NCBI GenBank assembly: GCA_050084515.1
Contig: CM114271.1
Coordinates: 8,680,001-8,744,000 of the forward strand
DNA: 64,000 bases
Source: Blasia pusilla
Lineage: Eukaryota
Direction of reading: 5' to 3'
Below are positions 1-11,010 of the stretch, one piece after another; the first letter of the stretch is position 1, and each line of letters begins with the position of its first letter. The notes under the pieces are model-generated. The model had not been told where the DNA came from. It was given only the letters and a program-made list of their open reading frames with translations, and ran no database searches. Both the position numbers and the translations under genes were made by a program.

Positions 1-2783
1 AGTGTTGTTGTTGCAGATGTCGATGCAATTAGAGGAGCAAGTGAGGCGAGTACATCTACCAGGCCTATGCAATATTCGACATGGCCTAGTACTGGCACGT
101 TACGAGAGATGGCGACGACATTGTGTAGCGTCCCACTATTTACGACCACAATTTTGTTGGTATGTGGAGGTCAACCAAGTGAGGTTTTCCGGTTGGCGGA
201 GACGCTTTGTGAGAGCAATGAGTTTGGTTCTTCTAGTGTTGAGACTCGCACAGAAGATGTGGCAGAAGTACCCTTGGAGCAAGTGCTCGGGACGAGGACC
301 ACACAGAGTTGGCATGCAACAGCGGCTAGAGTGGCGGAGTTGCTAGCTAGACCGACCATAGAGCGTGCAACCGTCTCACCATGAGTTTTTGTCTTGGACA
401 ACCGAGATTGAGTTTTCCAGTTGGTTGGTCCATGCGGAGTCGTGTATCGATTGCAGAGAGTGCTACTTGATTCAGAAGCACAACCCCTTATGTTAAGGAA
501 GGTGGCATGTGTAGGGATGGGATTGTGGAAGTGTGAGATCACTCCATGTCCATTCCACATTCAGACTTCTTTGGGAGGCACATCCTAGACACAATTCATG
601 ACTCGAGATGAGATTGCAGTAAGGATTCGGCCTTATCATCCTACGGATAGTGCGATGGTGCGAACGCGAGCGATTGTGACACCGGCCGAGTCTTATGATG
701 TTTTGGTAGGGGCTACCGTATTGTATCCTCTAGGGTTCACACTTGATTTTTGGGAGGAGACATCCTCCTATCGACCAGGCTGGCAGTCACGTGAGGGACG
801 AGCCAGTGAGCTACCCGCGCAATTTGCAAGGAGACTTGATGGTTCACTCCGAGGGTCGACCACAACAATTGCTGCTTATTGTGGCACACTATGTTGGCCT
901 AGAGATATACTAGAGGGCAACGCCAATGCAGAGGATATTCCTGTGGAGGATAGTCCTGAGGAGGGGCATGCGATGACGAGCGTGCCTACATCTGTTGGCG
1001 ACACTTCTTCAGTTTTGTGGGGGACGAGCATGGATTTGCAGAGGAGAGTAGACGAGCTTGTGAGGCAGGCGTGGAGCCAAACCTGTGCTCTAGGAGTGGA
1101 GATGTTGACACCCTTGGACACCACACCGATCATGTGGCAGTATCGCAAGAAGGGTGTGCGTATACTAGATCTCTTTGGAGGGATAAGTACAGCATTGGCT
1201 GCATTGTTGCAGGCAAGAGTACGAGTACAACATTACTTGTATGTGGAGAGAGAGATGAGACTGCACGTAGAGTCTCATTATATCATGTGTCGAGACTAGT
1301 CCAACAGTATCCTCAGTTATTGCTAGTGTCTATAGTTAGGGGATATCAACATGTATTACCGGCTGACATTTTGTTGTTGGGGGCGCCATGTGTAGATAGG
1401 GTTGGTCCGATACACTTGGTGGCGGCAAGGTGGCCATGTCAGGGTCATACTTCGGCGAGTCGGGGACTTGGTTTGCAGGACCCAAGGTCGGCCATGTTTT
1501 GGGAGATGTTGCGAGTTCTTTGTCACTTGCAGACTACCCAGCGATGTTCTCCAGCCTACATTTTGGAGAATGTCCCTTTGTTAGGTAACACTCAAGCCCG
1601 AGTGATGGCAAGTGTACATCTGGTGCGGTTTTGGATAGGACCGGCAGTGATGTTGGATGCGGCGAGCATTGGATCGCACGCATACCATCCACGATTGTGG
1701 TGGACGAATCTTTTACCATCTGTGTTGCTGAGGCCGGCTTATGATGGAGTCCACAGACCATCACTACTTACAGTGGATGGTCTAATCTTGTATCCACGTC
1801 GGCGATCTCATGTTGTTACTCATGATGATGTACCACCGTTGGCAGTGGCCAATCGGGTGGGCCAGCAGAGGGGAGCATTGCCTACGTTGGTGAGTTTTCC
1901 GGCATCTCATGCTTTTTGTCAAGGAGGACCAGGCATGATATGGGATAAGCATGCAGGTACACTAGTGGAGTCTTACGCCGACGAGCTAGAGCAAGCTATG
2001 GGGTTCTCTACAGGTACGATGGTGGTGCCTATGATGGCAGAGGCATCCCGCAGACAGGTATTGGGTCAGGCTATGGACCTGAACTGTCTTACTTGGCTGT
2101 TCAGTCTCGGTTTGGCTGAGCAGAGACGGATGCAAGAGACGTCTGTGACATTACGTCCACTTTGCGCAGCGTCTACCGCGACGGGTAAGACATTGGCTGG
2201 GGGCACGATGGTGATGGAGAGGCATCCATGGACTTCATGGGATAAGTCACAATAGCACAAAGAGATGGGAGTTCATTTCACTGATGCAAGACATAGTGGA
2301 GTGCCTAGAGAGTTGGTGTCTGAGTTGGGAGCGCATGTTGCTGCTCTAGAGGTTGCTAGTCAGCAACCACCACCCTCCTCTTCTCCGGAGGTCACGAGAG
2401 AGACTTGGGAGCCGATTGATTGGTCCTAGGTTGACAGGAGCGGAGAGGAGACGAGTGTTGCAATTCTTTTGGAGATTCAAGGATTGTTTTGCATATAGTA
2501 TGCACGACTTGGATACTCTTAAGGGTCCAGGTTTTTGGATCGAGTTGGAAAGTGATACTCCTATCTTCTGACGACCCTACAGGTATTTTGACAAGGAGCG
2601 AGACTTGATTCAGAGAAGGAGTCAAGACTTCGCTGACGCTGGACTAGTAGAAAGATTGCTTGGAGAGTATGCATCAACCACAGTTATGCCGGCAAAGAAG
2701 GACATGCATGGCCAACGGACCGATATGTGGATGTGCGGGCATTACCATCCTATCAATCGGCATACAAAGGCCGATCGCTATGC
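1..2783 (+). mobile_element. Ty3/Gypsy retrotransposon carrying a C5-DNA methyltransferase, copy A (protease-DNMT-RT N-terminus; degenerate, truncated by the MULE at 2784)
   Basis: Protease VLLDS(E)AQ at ~457 and YDVLVG at ~690. DNMT motifs at 1155-2120. RT start (IELESDTPIF..PYRY, YASTTVMPAKKD, MCGHYHPIN, DRYA) at 2540-2783. Colinear with the copies at 20710-25980 and 45528-54355. Confidence 0.9.
1155..2120 (+). pseudogene. C5-cytosine DNA methyltransferase domain in Gypsy pol (copy A), frameshifted near 1250
   Basis: Motif I LDLFGGIS (1165), motif II YLYVE, motif IV WPCQG (1431), motif VI YILENV (1566), motif VIII HPRLWWTN, motif X RRQVLGQAMD. Confidence 0.9.
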
Positions 2784-2835
2784 GAGGAGCGGTAAGAGGA
2801 GAGGAAGAGAGGAAGAGAGGAGAGAGGAGAGAGGA
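2784..2835 (+). repeat. Left terminal inverted repeat of MULE copy 1 (also at 10608-10660; inverted partner at 29296-29339)
   Basis: GTAAGAGGAGAGGAAGAGAGGAAGAGAGGAGAG matches the reverse complement of CTCTCCTCTCTTCCTCTCTTCCTCTCCTCTCTTAC at 29296-29330. Confidence 0.7.
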
Positions 2836-3189
2836 AACTAGGGTCAACCGAAATAGACACTCTTTTTTGAAGAGAGTTTCCGTTGGGTTGAAAAGAGGAA
2901 ACTTTTTGTTTGAAATCTTTTGCACTTTTTTGTTCATATATTAAGCAGTCCCACAGTTTTTTTTCCTCTTCCATATTTTGGCAACCCCTCTGAGTCCGAT
3001 GAGTTGCAAATTGCACAAAATTTAGAAAAGTGAAAAATCAGTGGAATCATAAGTGTGGAACCAATCACTTTTTCCATCCAAGGTCTCGAAATAATCAGTC
3101 ATTTGCCCAGGGCAGATTAGAGTTCAAGCTCGAAGTGAAGGTTGAGAAAAAAATAAAAGTACAATCTAAAACCTCCTTTGCATCCTCAA

Positions 3190-6100
3190 AGTGGTTTGTT
3201 TAAAATACTTCAAACTTCTTTGAGGGACAGAATTGGTTGGTGGATTCCTACTCCTACCTCCGACTCTCTTAAAACTACCAGCAACACATAGTACATGTGC
3301 TTACAAGGGAAATACCTTTTGCCACTTGTCTCTCTTTGGACAAAGTCATCACATGAACATGTGGGAAAGCAACAAATGTGCACCACATACACCCATGTGA
3401 CACTTGAATTTACAGTGTTATTCCTGACCCAATACAACCTTCCTATACCATTGCCACTCAAGACATCTTTCGTGGCGATGATCTCATTTTGCCTCCCGAG
3501 TGCGCATTCGCTTTGCTCTCTCCACCGTTGGCCTGCACATTCTATTTCTCTTCACCCCATTTCTGGACTCAAACAGAAATAATGGATTGAGATCATCCAC
3601 CTTCTCCGGGTACATGTTGACATCAATCTTGGGTTGAATAAAAAATGCGAGGGTCTCTGTAATGCGAACATGCTCCGAACTTCACCCGTCTACGAGTCTG
3701 AAACCGACACTTGTAAGATTGTCCACTTCGTCTTGAGTGCAGTTCGTGCCTGCGGCGATGGGCCAAATCATGGGGATATTCCCGGAAGCTCCAATGGCAG
3801 CCGGATAAGACTTCCGGAAAGCGCAAGATTCATTTCGGCAGAAGAAGTACTTCAATTGATCCCCGGTCCTTGTCAAACGATCAAAGGTTTTGAGTCCCCA
3901 AAACCCAGGCAGAGGTCGTCTAGTCCTTGTACAGTTCTTATTTAGGAAAGTGCCGCATGCTCTCCTAATGCCATCAGTTCCTGCCCTGCAGGTGGGTCCA
4001 CGTCCTGGGTTGCTCCGAGATATATGCCACCGTTTTAGGTTGCAATTCACCTCCATTATCGGAATCCCATATTGTTGAACCACCCTAGTGACAGGATGTT
4101 GCGAACTTCCAGCAACGGAGGGATTTTGAAATAAAACATTCACTGATTTTGGAGAAGTAACTCCATCACGGATTTGGGACGGGTCCGGGGTCCCCGAATA
4201 CCTGGGTGGTGTAATTTCCTCATCCAAATCAATCACCGGATTCGTTCTCGATCGCCTCTTCACCGCTTTGAAGTCAAGATACTTATCTGGTCTCCACGAG
4301 TCTCGTTCGACGGCTCTACCACCATCTCAGATGGGACATCTTGAAACCCGCCCACAAATATCCCCACCTATGTGTACGTCTTGCTCGAGTGGAGTTCCAC
4401 TACGCACCGGTTGAAGGCCGACATACAATTTTTCATCACAGATCTCACGGCCATTACGACATAGAGCTCATAGATCGACAGCCCTTTTCCTTTTGTTATG
4501 CCTTTTGTGAGAAAGATATGGGCATTTTCATGAACGTTAAATCCCTGCAACGACGGCAATGTTAGAAGGGAACGAAAATAACTCAGGATTCAAAGAAATA
4601 AGCGACCTGTCGGAACCAGACGGATTGCACGCCCGAGGCATCCCATGAACGACTCTGCGACCCGTCGGGTCGCGACGTGTTGTAACCTTAAACCCACCTA
4701 CTGCAACCCGTCGGAACCCGACGGATTGCAAGGCCGAGGCATCCCATGAACGACTCATTGACCCGTCGGGTCCCGACGGGTTGCACACTCGGGTTGTACC
4801 AAACATCAGGATGCAACCCGTTGGTTTGCACCCTCGGGCAACCCGTCGGTTTTCGTCGGGTTGCACACTCGGGCAACCCGTCGGTTTCCGTCAGGTTGCA
4901 CACTCGGGCAACCCGTCGCATCCGACAGCTTGCTTGGTTTCTTGGGTTTAAAATCCATATAATTCCCACGCTTCTCACCCTGAGCTACAACTTTACAAAC
5001 AATTCTCAACGTGAGCTTGATAAGACAAAATAGTGAACTCACCTGCCGCATGAAGTTTCCCCATTGTCTCATACGTACACTCCACCAACTCAACGAAGAG
5101 CACAACTCTTTGTACTTCCCCTCAATCGCATGCTTCCTCCTTCACCCATGAAGTTCTTCCTGGCATTCAATGGCCTGCTTCAAGGTTTTGCTGTCCTTGC
5201 AGCGTTGGAGTAGAGTGACATGCTCTATCCTCTTATTCTCCTTGATGCAAGATTTGGTGTACCGGGTCACAGACTGTTGCCAATGGAAGGCATCTGAACT
5301 TTCCCTCTCCGGTTGAACCTCTCCACCCCATAACACTTCCCGGATAGCAATCCACCCAAGTTGTGCATTGTCTGCCATGAACCCATAAATTTCCGGAGGT
5401 GGCCTTTTGTTTTCCTTCACCACCTCTAGTAAGAGTAACCAGCACATCTTCAAACTGCCAACGTCTTCTGCCTTTACTTCAAAGACAAATATAGTTTTGA
5501 GTCCCTTCTCCACATGGTCATAAACATGAGCACCCATCGTCAACCATCCGTTCAAAGACTCAGAGCAAATATCAAAGCTTACCCAACTCCCGTAAAGATC
5601 TTCCCTTCCTCATTCGATCTAAGATCGAGGCCACTCGAGGACTGTGGGTCGACATTTTGAAGACATAGGCCCTGGATCCTCGCCTCCTTGGCCCATGAAC
5701 TGCCATCTCTAAATGAATGGAAATCTGGAGTTGGCCTTGATTCTGGCGATGGCATCCATTTCGGCCGTCTTTCCATCCAGAACTCGTATGTGACGCAGCA
5801 AATTCCGGAAGCATTCAGGATCAGCGAAAAATGCGAGATTTACCCAAAGTTGTTTCTCCTCAACCGCCGTGATCTCGCCCTGTCCAGGGATTCCAAGCAA
5901 TTTTTCACAAATTTGTGATGCCGTTGTGAGCTTGATCGCTCCGGGCTTTGAACCCGGAGAGTTTCTGTACACCTCGGCTACTTTCTTTGCCACATCCTCC
6001 TTGATGTGTCTTTGAATTGCATCGGTCACAGGATGAGTGTGGGCGCCAACATGGACAACCAGCCTTGTATACTCTAACGTGGAGCCCAAGTCCTGGACAA

Positions 6101-7044
6101 TGAAAAATATGTATGCAAGACACCCTCCAACGCAGAAGGGCGATGCTTGACAATGAGGACATCGATGGCCTCCCGGTGGTATGGTGGCACCGACCTCGTA
6201 TGGAGTTTCTGCATTCTTGGGAGGCAATTGCGACGTATTGACTCGCCCGTTGCGCTCTAGAAACGGGCATGCTGGACTTCTACACTCCAAGGCTCCCACG
6301 CATTGGCGGCGGGAGACAATCCAAGGACCATCTGGAATTGAAGCACTGGTCCGTTGAAGCCCGCACCATCGATGACAATCAGACTTTCTGTCCATACCCT
6401 TCAGGCGTCCTCCATCCTTCTTTTGAGTAGGAGTAGCAAGTGGAGGCAACTCAAAAATGCAATTACCATCGTACATGGGCGGAAGCTCGTCGACAAGAAT
6501 GTGCTTGAACCTTTTCAAGGGCAGAGACGAAAGCAAACTATTGCCTGATACACGCAAGAGGAACGAGTAGGCGGACAGAGGGCCTGATTGGTGTCCGACA
6601 GATCCACTGAGGTTGATAACATCCGGAATCTCTTCAAGAAAAACAATATTGTTACGAGCGTGCGAAGTTGGAGTTGAAGCTGGATCTGCAGAGCTTGGAG
6701 TTGCAAATGTAGAGCTCGGAGCACTAGGAAATTCTAGACCGTCTACTTGGGAAACAGACGGTCAAAGGGGCCGTAAACTCTGTATTGACCATTTGCTAGA
6801 GGTAGGAGATTCCATACTTTACGGTCAGAGGTCACTGGCTGGACCGTCTCACCTATTATGTCTTTCGTACCGTCCACCATAACATCTTTGGATACAAAGA
6901 TGGTTCCAATTTGAAGAAAAATCGAACAGACAGAAAATTTTCATCCACTGCTATGAAAGACTCACGAGCTTGGGGTCCAATGATTTCCGATTGAGGAAAG
7001 GCCGCTTGATGACTGCCACAAGTGAGCTTAACATAATTATCCAT
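3190..7044 (-). pseudogene. MULE-type transposase with GCM-like Zn domain, DDE core and C-terminal SWIM finger (copy 1, frameshifted, one intron ~4546-5042)
   Basis: CVGALECRSPAC..HRCPHC..CVGGC..HVGAHTHP (WRKY/GCM1-like). Core WVSFDIC..GFMADNA..SDAFHW (D, D, CxxH-like). SWIM CSCDDF..FPCKH (~3295-3362). Donor CAG|GTGAG near 5042. Confidence 0.8.
4600..4930. repeat. Array of CAACCCGTCGG-N3-CCGACGGGTTG palindromes in the transposase intron (copy 1; equivalent array at 12590-12905)
   Basis: Repeated caacccgtcggtttccgtcgggttg-like units. Confidence 0.85.
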
Positions 7045-7309
7045 TCCAAGAAGATTCCAACGAGAGGAGACTGAGAATGAGAATGAGAATATTTAATTTA
7101 TAGTGAATAGGAAACAGATACTCCTGACAGATTTTTACTGACAAGATGAATTCGGTGGGTGACATTGTGTGACACAATGGATCCAATTCTGTAACACATT
7201 CTATTCTGTTGCAATATGTTACTGGATTTGGGAAGCAGAGGGTTGCGCATCACACTTGGAACGCGTCGGAGTCCTGGTAACTCAAAAATACCCGAAGCTA
7301 ACCGAAGCC

Positions 7310-7910
7310 TGCAACCCGTCGGCATCGCACGGGTTGCACGCTTCTGCTAAACATTGTCGAAGCAAGCAACCTATCGCTCTCCGACGAGTTGCTCGGATAC
7401 CTCGCCTTTTAGCCCAAAGACGGCGAGGCGTGCAACCCGTCTGTTTCCGACGGGTTACGCAAGGGCCTCGCCTTGTGGTGCACCCAGCCAGACTCTGACG
7501 ACTTGCACGGGAAGCCCTCATTCTTAACCCTTGATGAGGGAAGTGTGCAACCCAATGGTCTTTGACGGATTGCCCAAGATACGTCCCGTTCCCGTCCCAA
7601 ACACGGTGGAGGCGCGCAACATGTCGGTCTCCGACGGGTTGCGCGGGTACCTCGCATTCTTTTCCAAAGACGACGGAGGCGCTCAACCCGTGGGTCTCCA
7701 ACGGGTTGCACGTGCACGTGGCGAGGTACCCAGGATGGCGGAGGCGCGCAACATGTTGGTCTCCGACAGGTTGCGCGGGTACCTCGCGTTCTTTTCCGAA
7801 GACGACGGAGGCGCTCAACCCGTTGGTCTCCGATGGGTTGCTCGCGCACGTGGCGATGTACCCAGGATGGCGGAGCCGCGCAACCTATCGGACTCCGACG
7901 GGTTGCCATT
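7310..7910. repeat. Palindrome array in the divergent promoter region (copy 1; equivalent at 15197-15730)
   Basis: Multiple gcaacccgtcgg..ccgacgggttgc units, partly inside a ~120-bp tandem duplication. Confidence 0.85.
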
Positions 7911-7966
7911 TTTCACGTCCGGACTTCCGTAACATCCGGCACGTCGCCGTTGAAAGGACGACGGGA

Positions 7967-8003
7967 CCCAACGGTGAGCCTAACGGCTAGAAAAGTATAA
8001 ATA
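7967..8003 (+). promoter_or_regulatory. Two MSA-like (AACGG) elements plus TATA box upstream of the ParB-MTase gene, copy 1
   Basis: CCCAACGGTGA, CCTAACGGCTA, then TATAAATA at 7996-8003. Confidence 0.55.
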
Positions 8004-8294
8004 GGGCAGAAATCGCTCATTTCCGGTTTCTCATTTCGCGATCTTCATTCCTCACTCTCTCGCGGAGCAACTGATCAGATACAAAGGGGCATTTCACACG
8101 GCGACACATCGCGAGTCGATAGGAGGGATTGAGAGCGAGACTGTTCGACGCAGCGACAGCGAGACGGTTCAACCAAGCGATCGCGGGATCATTTGAGCTA
8201 CCCATCAAGGCAATTCGAGCTCCCATCTCGACATCAGCAAGGCGACTGATCAAGGGATTCATCGTGGACATAGGTGCAGGCATTTCCGAAAAAA

Positions 8295-10603
8295 ATGACG
8301 AGGAAAAAATCACAAGCCAACAAGTCTGGGAGCTTCACTCCGAAGTCCATTAGGACTCCTACGTTAGCTTCTCCTAGGCCTCGTTCGGCGAATGAAATTA
8401 GGCAGCAGGAAATCGAGGAGCGGGAAAGGGAAGCGGAGATGCACAACCAAGTGCTTCTTGCAAGACGTGTTCAAGAGGCGCTAGATAAACAGAACGCAGA
8501 GGCTGAGACGTCGCAGGCCTTGAAGAAAAGGATCGCGGCGACTTAAAAGAGAGAAAAGAAGCGTCTGGACGCGTCGGTGAGGAGGGCAGAATTGGCTAAA
8601 GCGAGGAGGGAAAAAGCGATAGCCATTGACGATAGCCCCGCCCGTCCAACTCCAAGTGTTGAGATGCGGGAAATGTCCCCCACAAAGTCCGGGGACACAA
8701 TCAACATTGTGGAAACACCAGAAGTTGAAATCGATGACGACGAGGTCATGAGGACCGCCAGCGTGGAGATGGTGGACATGGCCGAAGAAGCCGGAGGCCG
8801 GTCATTCTCGACTCCAAGCTCTGGTTACCGAGGAGGACTTGGAAAAGCTCGACACATTCTGGAGGATGCGAGACCAGGACTTCAGAAGGCAAGTTGAGGG
8901 CACGGAATTCAGCTGGATGAGGAATCTGCATTTCTTCATCTGGGATGGAAATCACAGTTTCATGGAGTGGACCAAGTTTGCGGAGGAGCGGACCAACTCA
9001 TTGGAGGCACATTTATGCGTGAAGGCAGTGGTCCTTCACCCATACCCTCATCACATGGCGACGGTGGAGATGGCAATGCATGCCATGAACACGTGAGTAT
9101 CTTTAACACTTTCGAAACTCGTCGGACTCCGATGAGTTGCTCGATTGATGAATGGGTTAGGTTTGTTTTTGCCAAAAGCAACTCGTCGGACTCCGACGGG
9201 TTGCTCGACTGCACGCTTTTTCGGATATTTTTTTAAGATTGCAACTCGTCGGACTCCGACGACTTGTTTGATTGACCATAGATTTAACTAGAGTTTGGCC
9301 CAAAGCAAATCGTCGGAGTCCGACGGGTTGATTTCGGCCAAAAACAGTTTCGAGGCAAGCAATCCGTCGGACTCCAACGGGTTGCTTTGGGGAAAAAACC
9401 TTCTAAACCTGCAGTGACTCGAACAACTCGTCGGAGTCCGACGAGTTGCATTCTTCAAAAAACATCCTCACAAGGCGGCCTATCGAGCAACCCGTCGGAC
9501 TCCGACGGTTTGCTTACCAAGCATTAGCAAATCTGAATGCAATCCGTCGGACTCCGACGGGTTGCATCATTTAGCTCGTTGCTAGAATCCAACCTTGAGC
9601 TGTGACGACCCGTCAGACTCCGACGGGTTGCAGGAGCCCATGTAATTTCCTGACGGGTTGAGTTTGGATGTGCAGGATTGTATCGGAGGGGAATGTCACC
9701 CATCACTGGATCCAGGACTGCGATCGGGTGAGGAAGGTGCTTACGACGAACCCGGGAGAGTACAAGGGGTTCTTGGGCGATGCCTTCGTCAATCAGATGC
9801 TTGCAAAGGGTGCTCAGATTAAGAAGAAAACTTGGGCAAATAAGTTTATTTCTCAAGATGCACCAGAACCATCCTTTTGCAAAGTTGAAGATACAGCCGT
9901 GAAGAAAAGTCTGCGACCGAGCCGGAGCGGAGGGAGAAGGTATCGCGTCTGAGCGCGCCAAATTCATCAAGCCGCAGATCTGCCGCAACGAAATACACGG
10001 CGAGCAAGATGCAGCGATACATCAAGATTCTCAACCCCGAACTTGGTCCGAGTTCTACAAGGAGCCAAGGCAATTATCAACCGCTGCGGAAGAGGGATGA
10101 AGATCCGCATGGTCGGATTGGGAGAAAGTGTCATTTGGATCGCGTGCATCGGTTTGCGTTGTCGGGATAAGCGAAGTTTAGGAGGATACGATCGGATGAA
10201 AATCGTCTCGAGGGCTCAAAGGCCTAGAAGAGGGCGCACACCATCCTCGGGTGTGTCGATCCGATGATCTTGCATTGGCTCGCGAATGGTCGTTCGGGAT
10301 GCGCATGGTAATCGGAAGTCCGTCTTTGGGACGGATGCAAGCGGAGCTCAGAAGATTAGAGCCCATTTCTCCAAGAGCAAACCTTGAAAGTTCTGGAGAT
10401 TTCGAGGTTTGGCTCGATGACATCCGGGACAAGCCAACCAAGAACCCATGATTCAAGACCATGTTCAAGGTTTGCGTCCTCCCTCAGGCAGAGCCTGACG
10501 AAGAAGTAGAGGGGAACAAACGGGATCAAGCGAAGAAGAAGCGAGATCTATAGGAGCATACGGCTGATTCTGTTCGACTAAAAGCTACCCAACGGATGGT
10601 CTT
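8295..10603 (+). pseudogene. ParB-like/methyltransferase gene, copy 1 (N-terminal half only, internal deletion, frameshifts)
   Basis: MTRKKSQANKS.. coiled-coil N-terminus and FFIWDGNHS at ~8944. Homologous to 16077-18978. Confidence 0.75.
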
Positions 10604-11010
10604 CAGGGAGGTGCGGTAAGAGGAGAGGAAGAGAGGAAGAGAGGAGAGAGGAGAGAGGAAACTACCTTCAACCGAAATAGATACTTTTTTTTGAAGAGAG
10701 TTTCCGCTGGGTTGAAGAGAGGAAACTTTTTGTGTGAATATTTTTGCACTGTTTTGTTCATTTATTAAACAATCCCACCGTTTTTTTTTCCTCTTCCATA
10801 TTTTGGCAACCCCTCTGAGTCCGACGAGTTGCAAATTGCACAAAATTTAGAAAAGTGAAAAATCAGTGGAATCATAAGTGTGGAACCAATCACTTTTTCC
10901 ATCCAAGGTCTGGAAAAAATCTATCATTTTCCCCGGGCTGAATAGAGTTCAAGCTCAAAGTGAAGGTTGAGGAAAAATAAAAGTACAATCTAAAACCTCA
11001 TTTTGCATCC

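Larger units (their letters stand above)
2784..10603. mobile_element. Mutator-like (MULE) DNA transposon, copy 1 (right part missing)
   Basis: Starts abruptly inside Gypsy RT with GAGGAGCGGTAAGAGGAGAGGAAGAGAGG. Colinear with copy 2 (10604-18978). Contains the transposase (-) and the ParB-like gene (+). Confidence 0.85.

Noticed and set aside
1155-2120. Host DRM/DNMT3 gene or bacterial contamination as the source of the C5-MTase
   Set aside because: Intronless and embedded between protease and RT in three independent copies with plant-type decay.
7169-7990. Long overlapping Arg/Pro-rich ORFs in the palindrome arrays (also 4537-5105, 12613-13029, 15174-15830, 26176-26780)
   Set aside because: Stop-poor GC-rich repeats in introns or the promoter, with no protein motifs.
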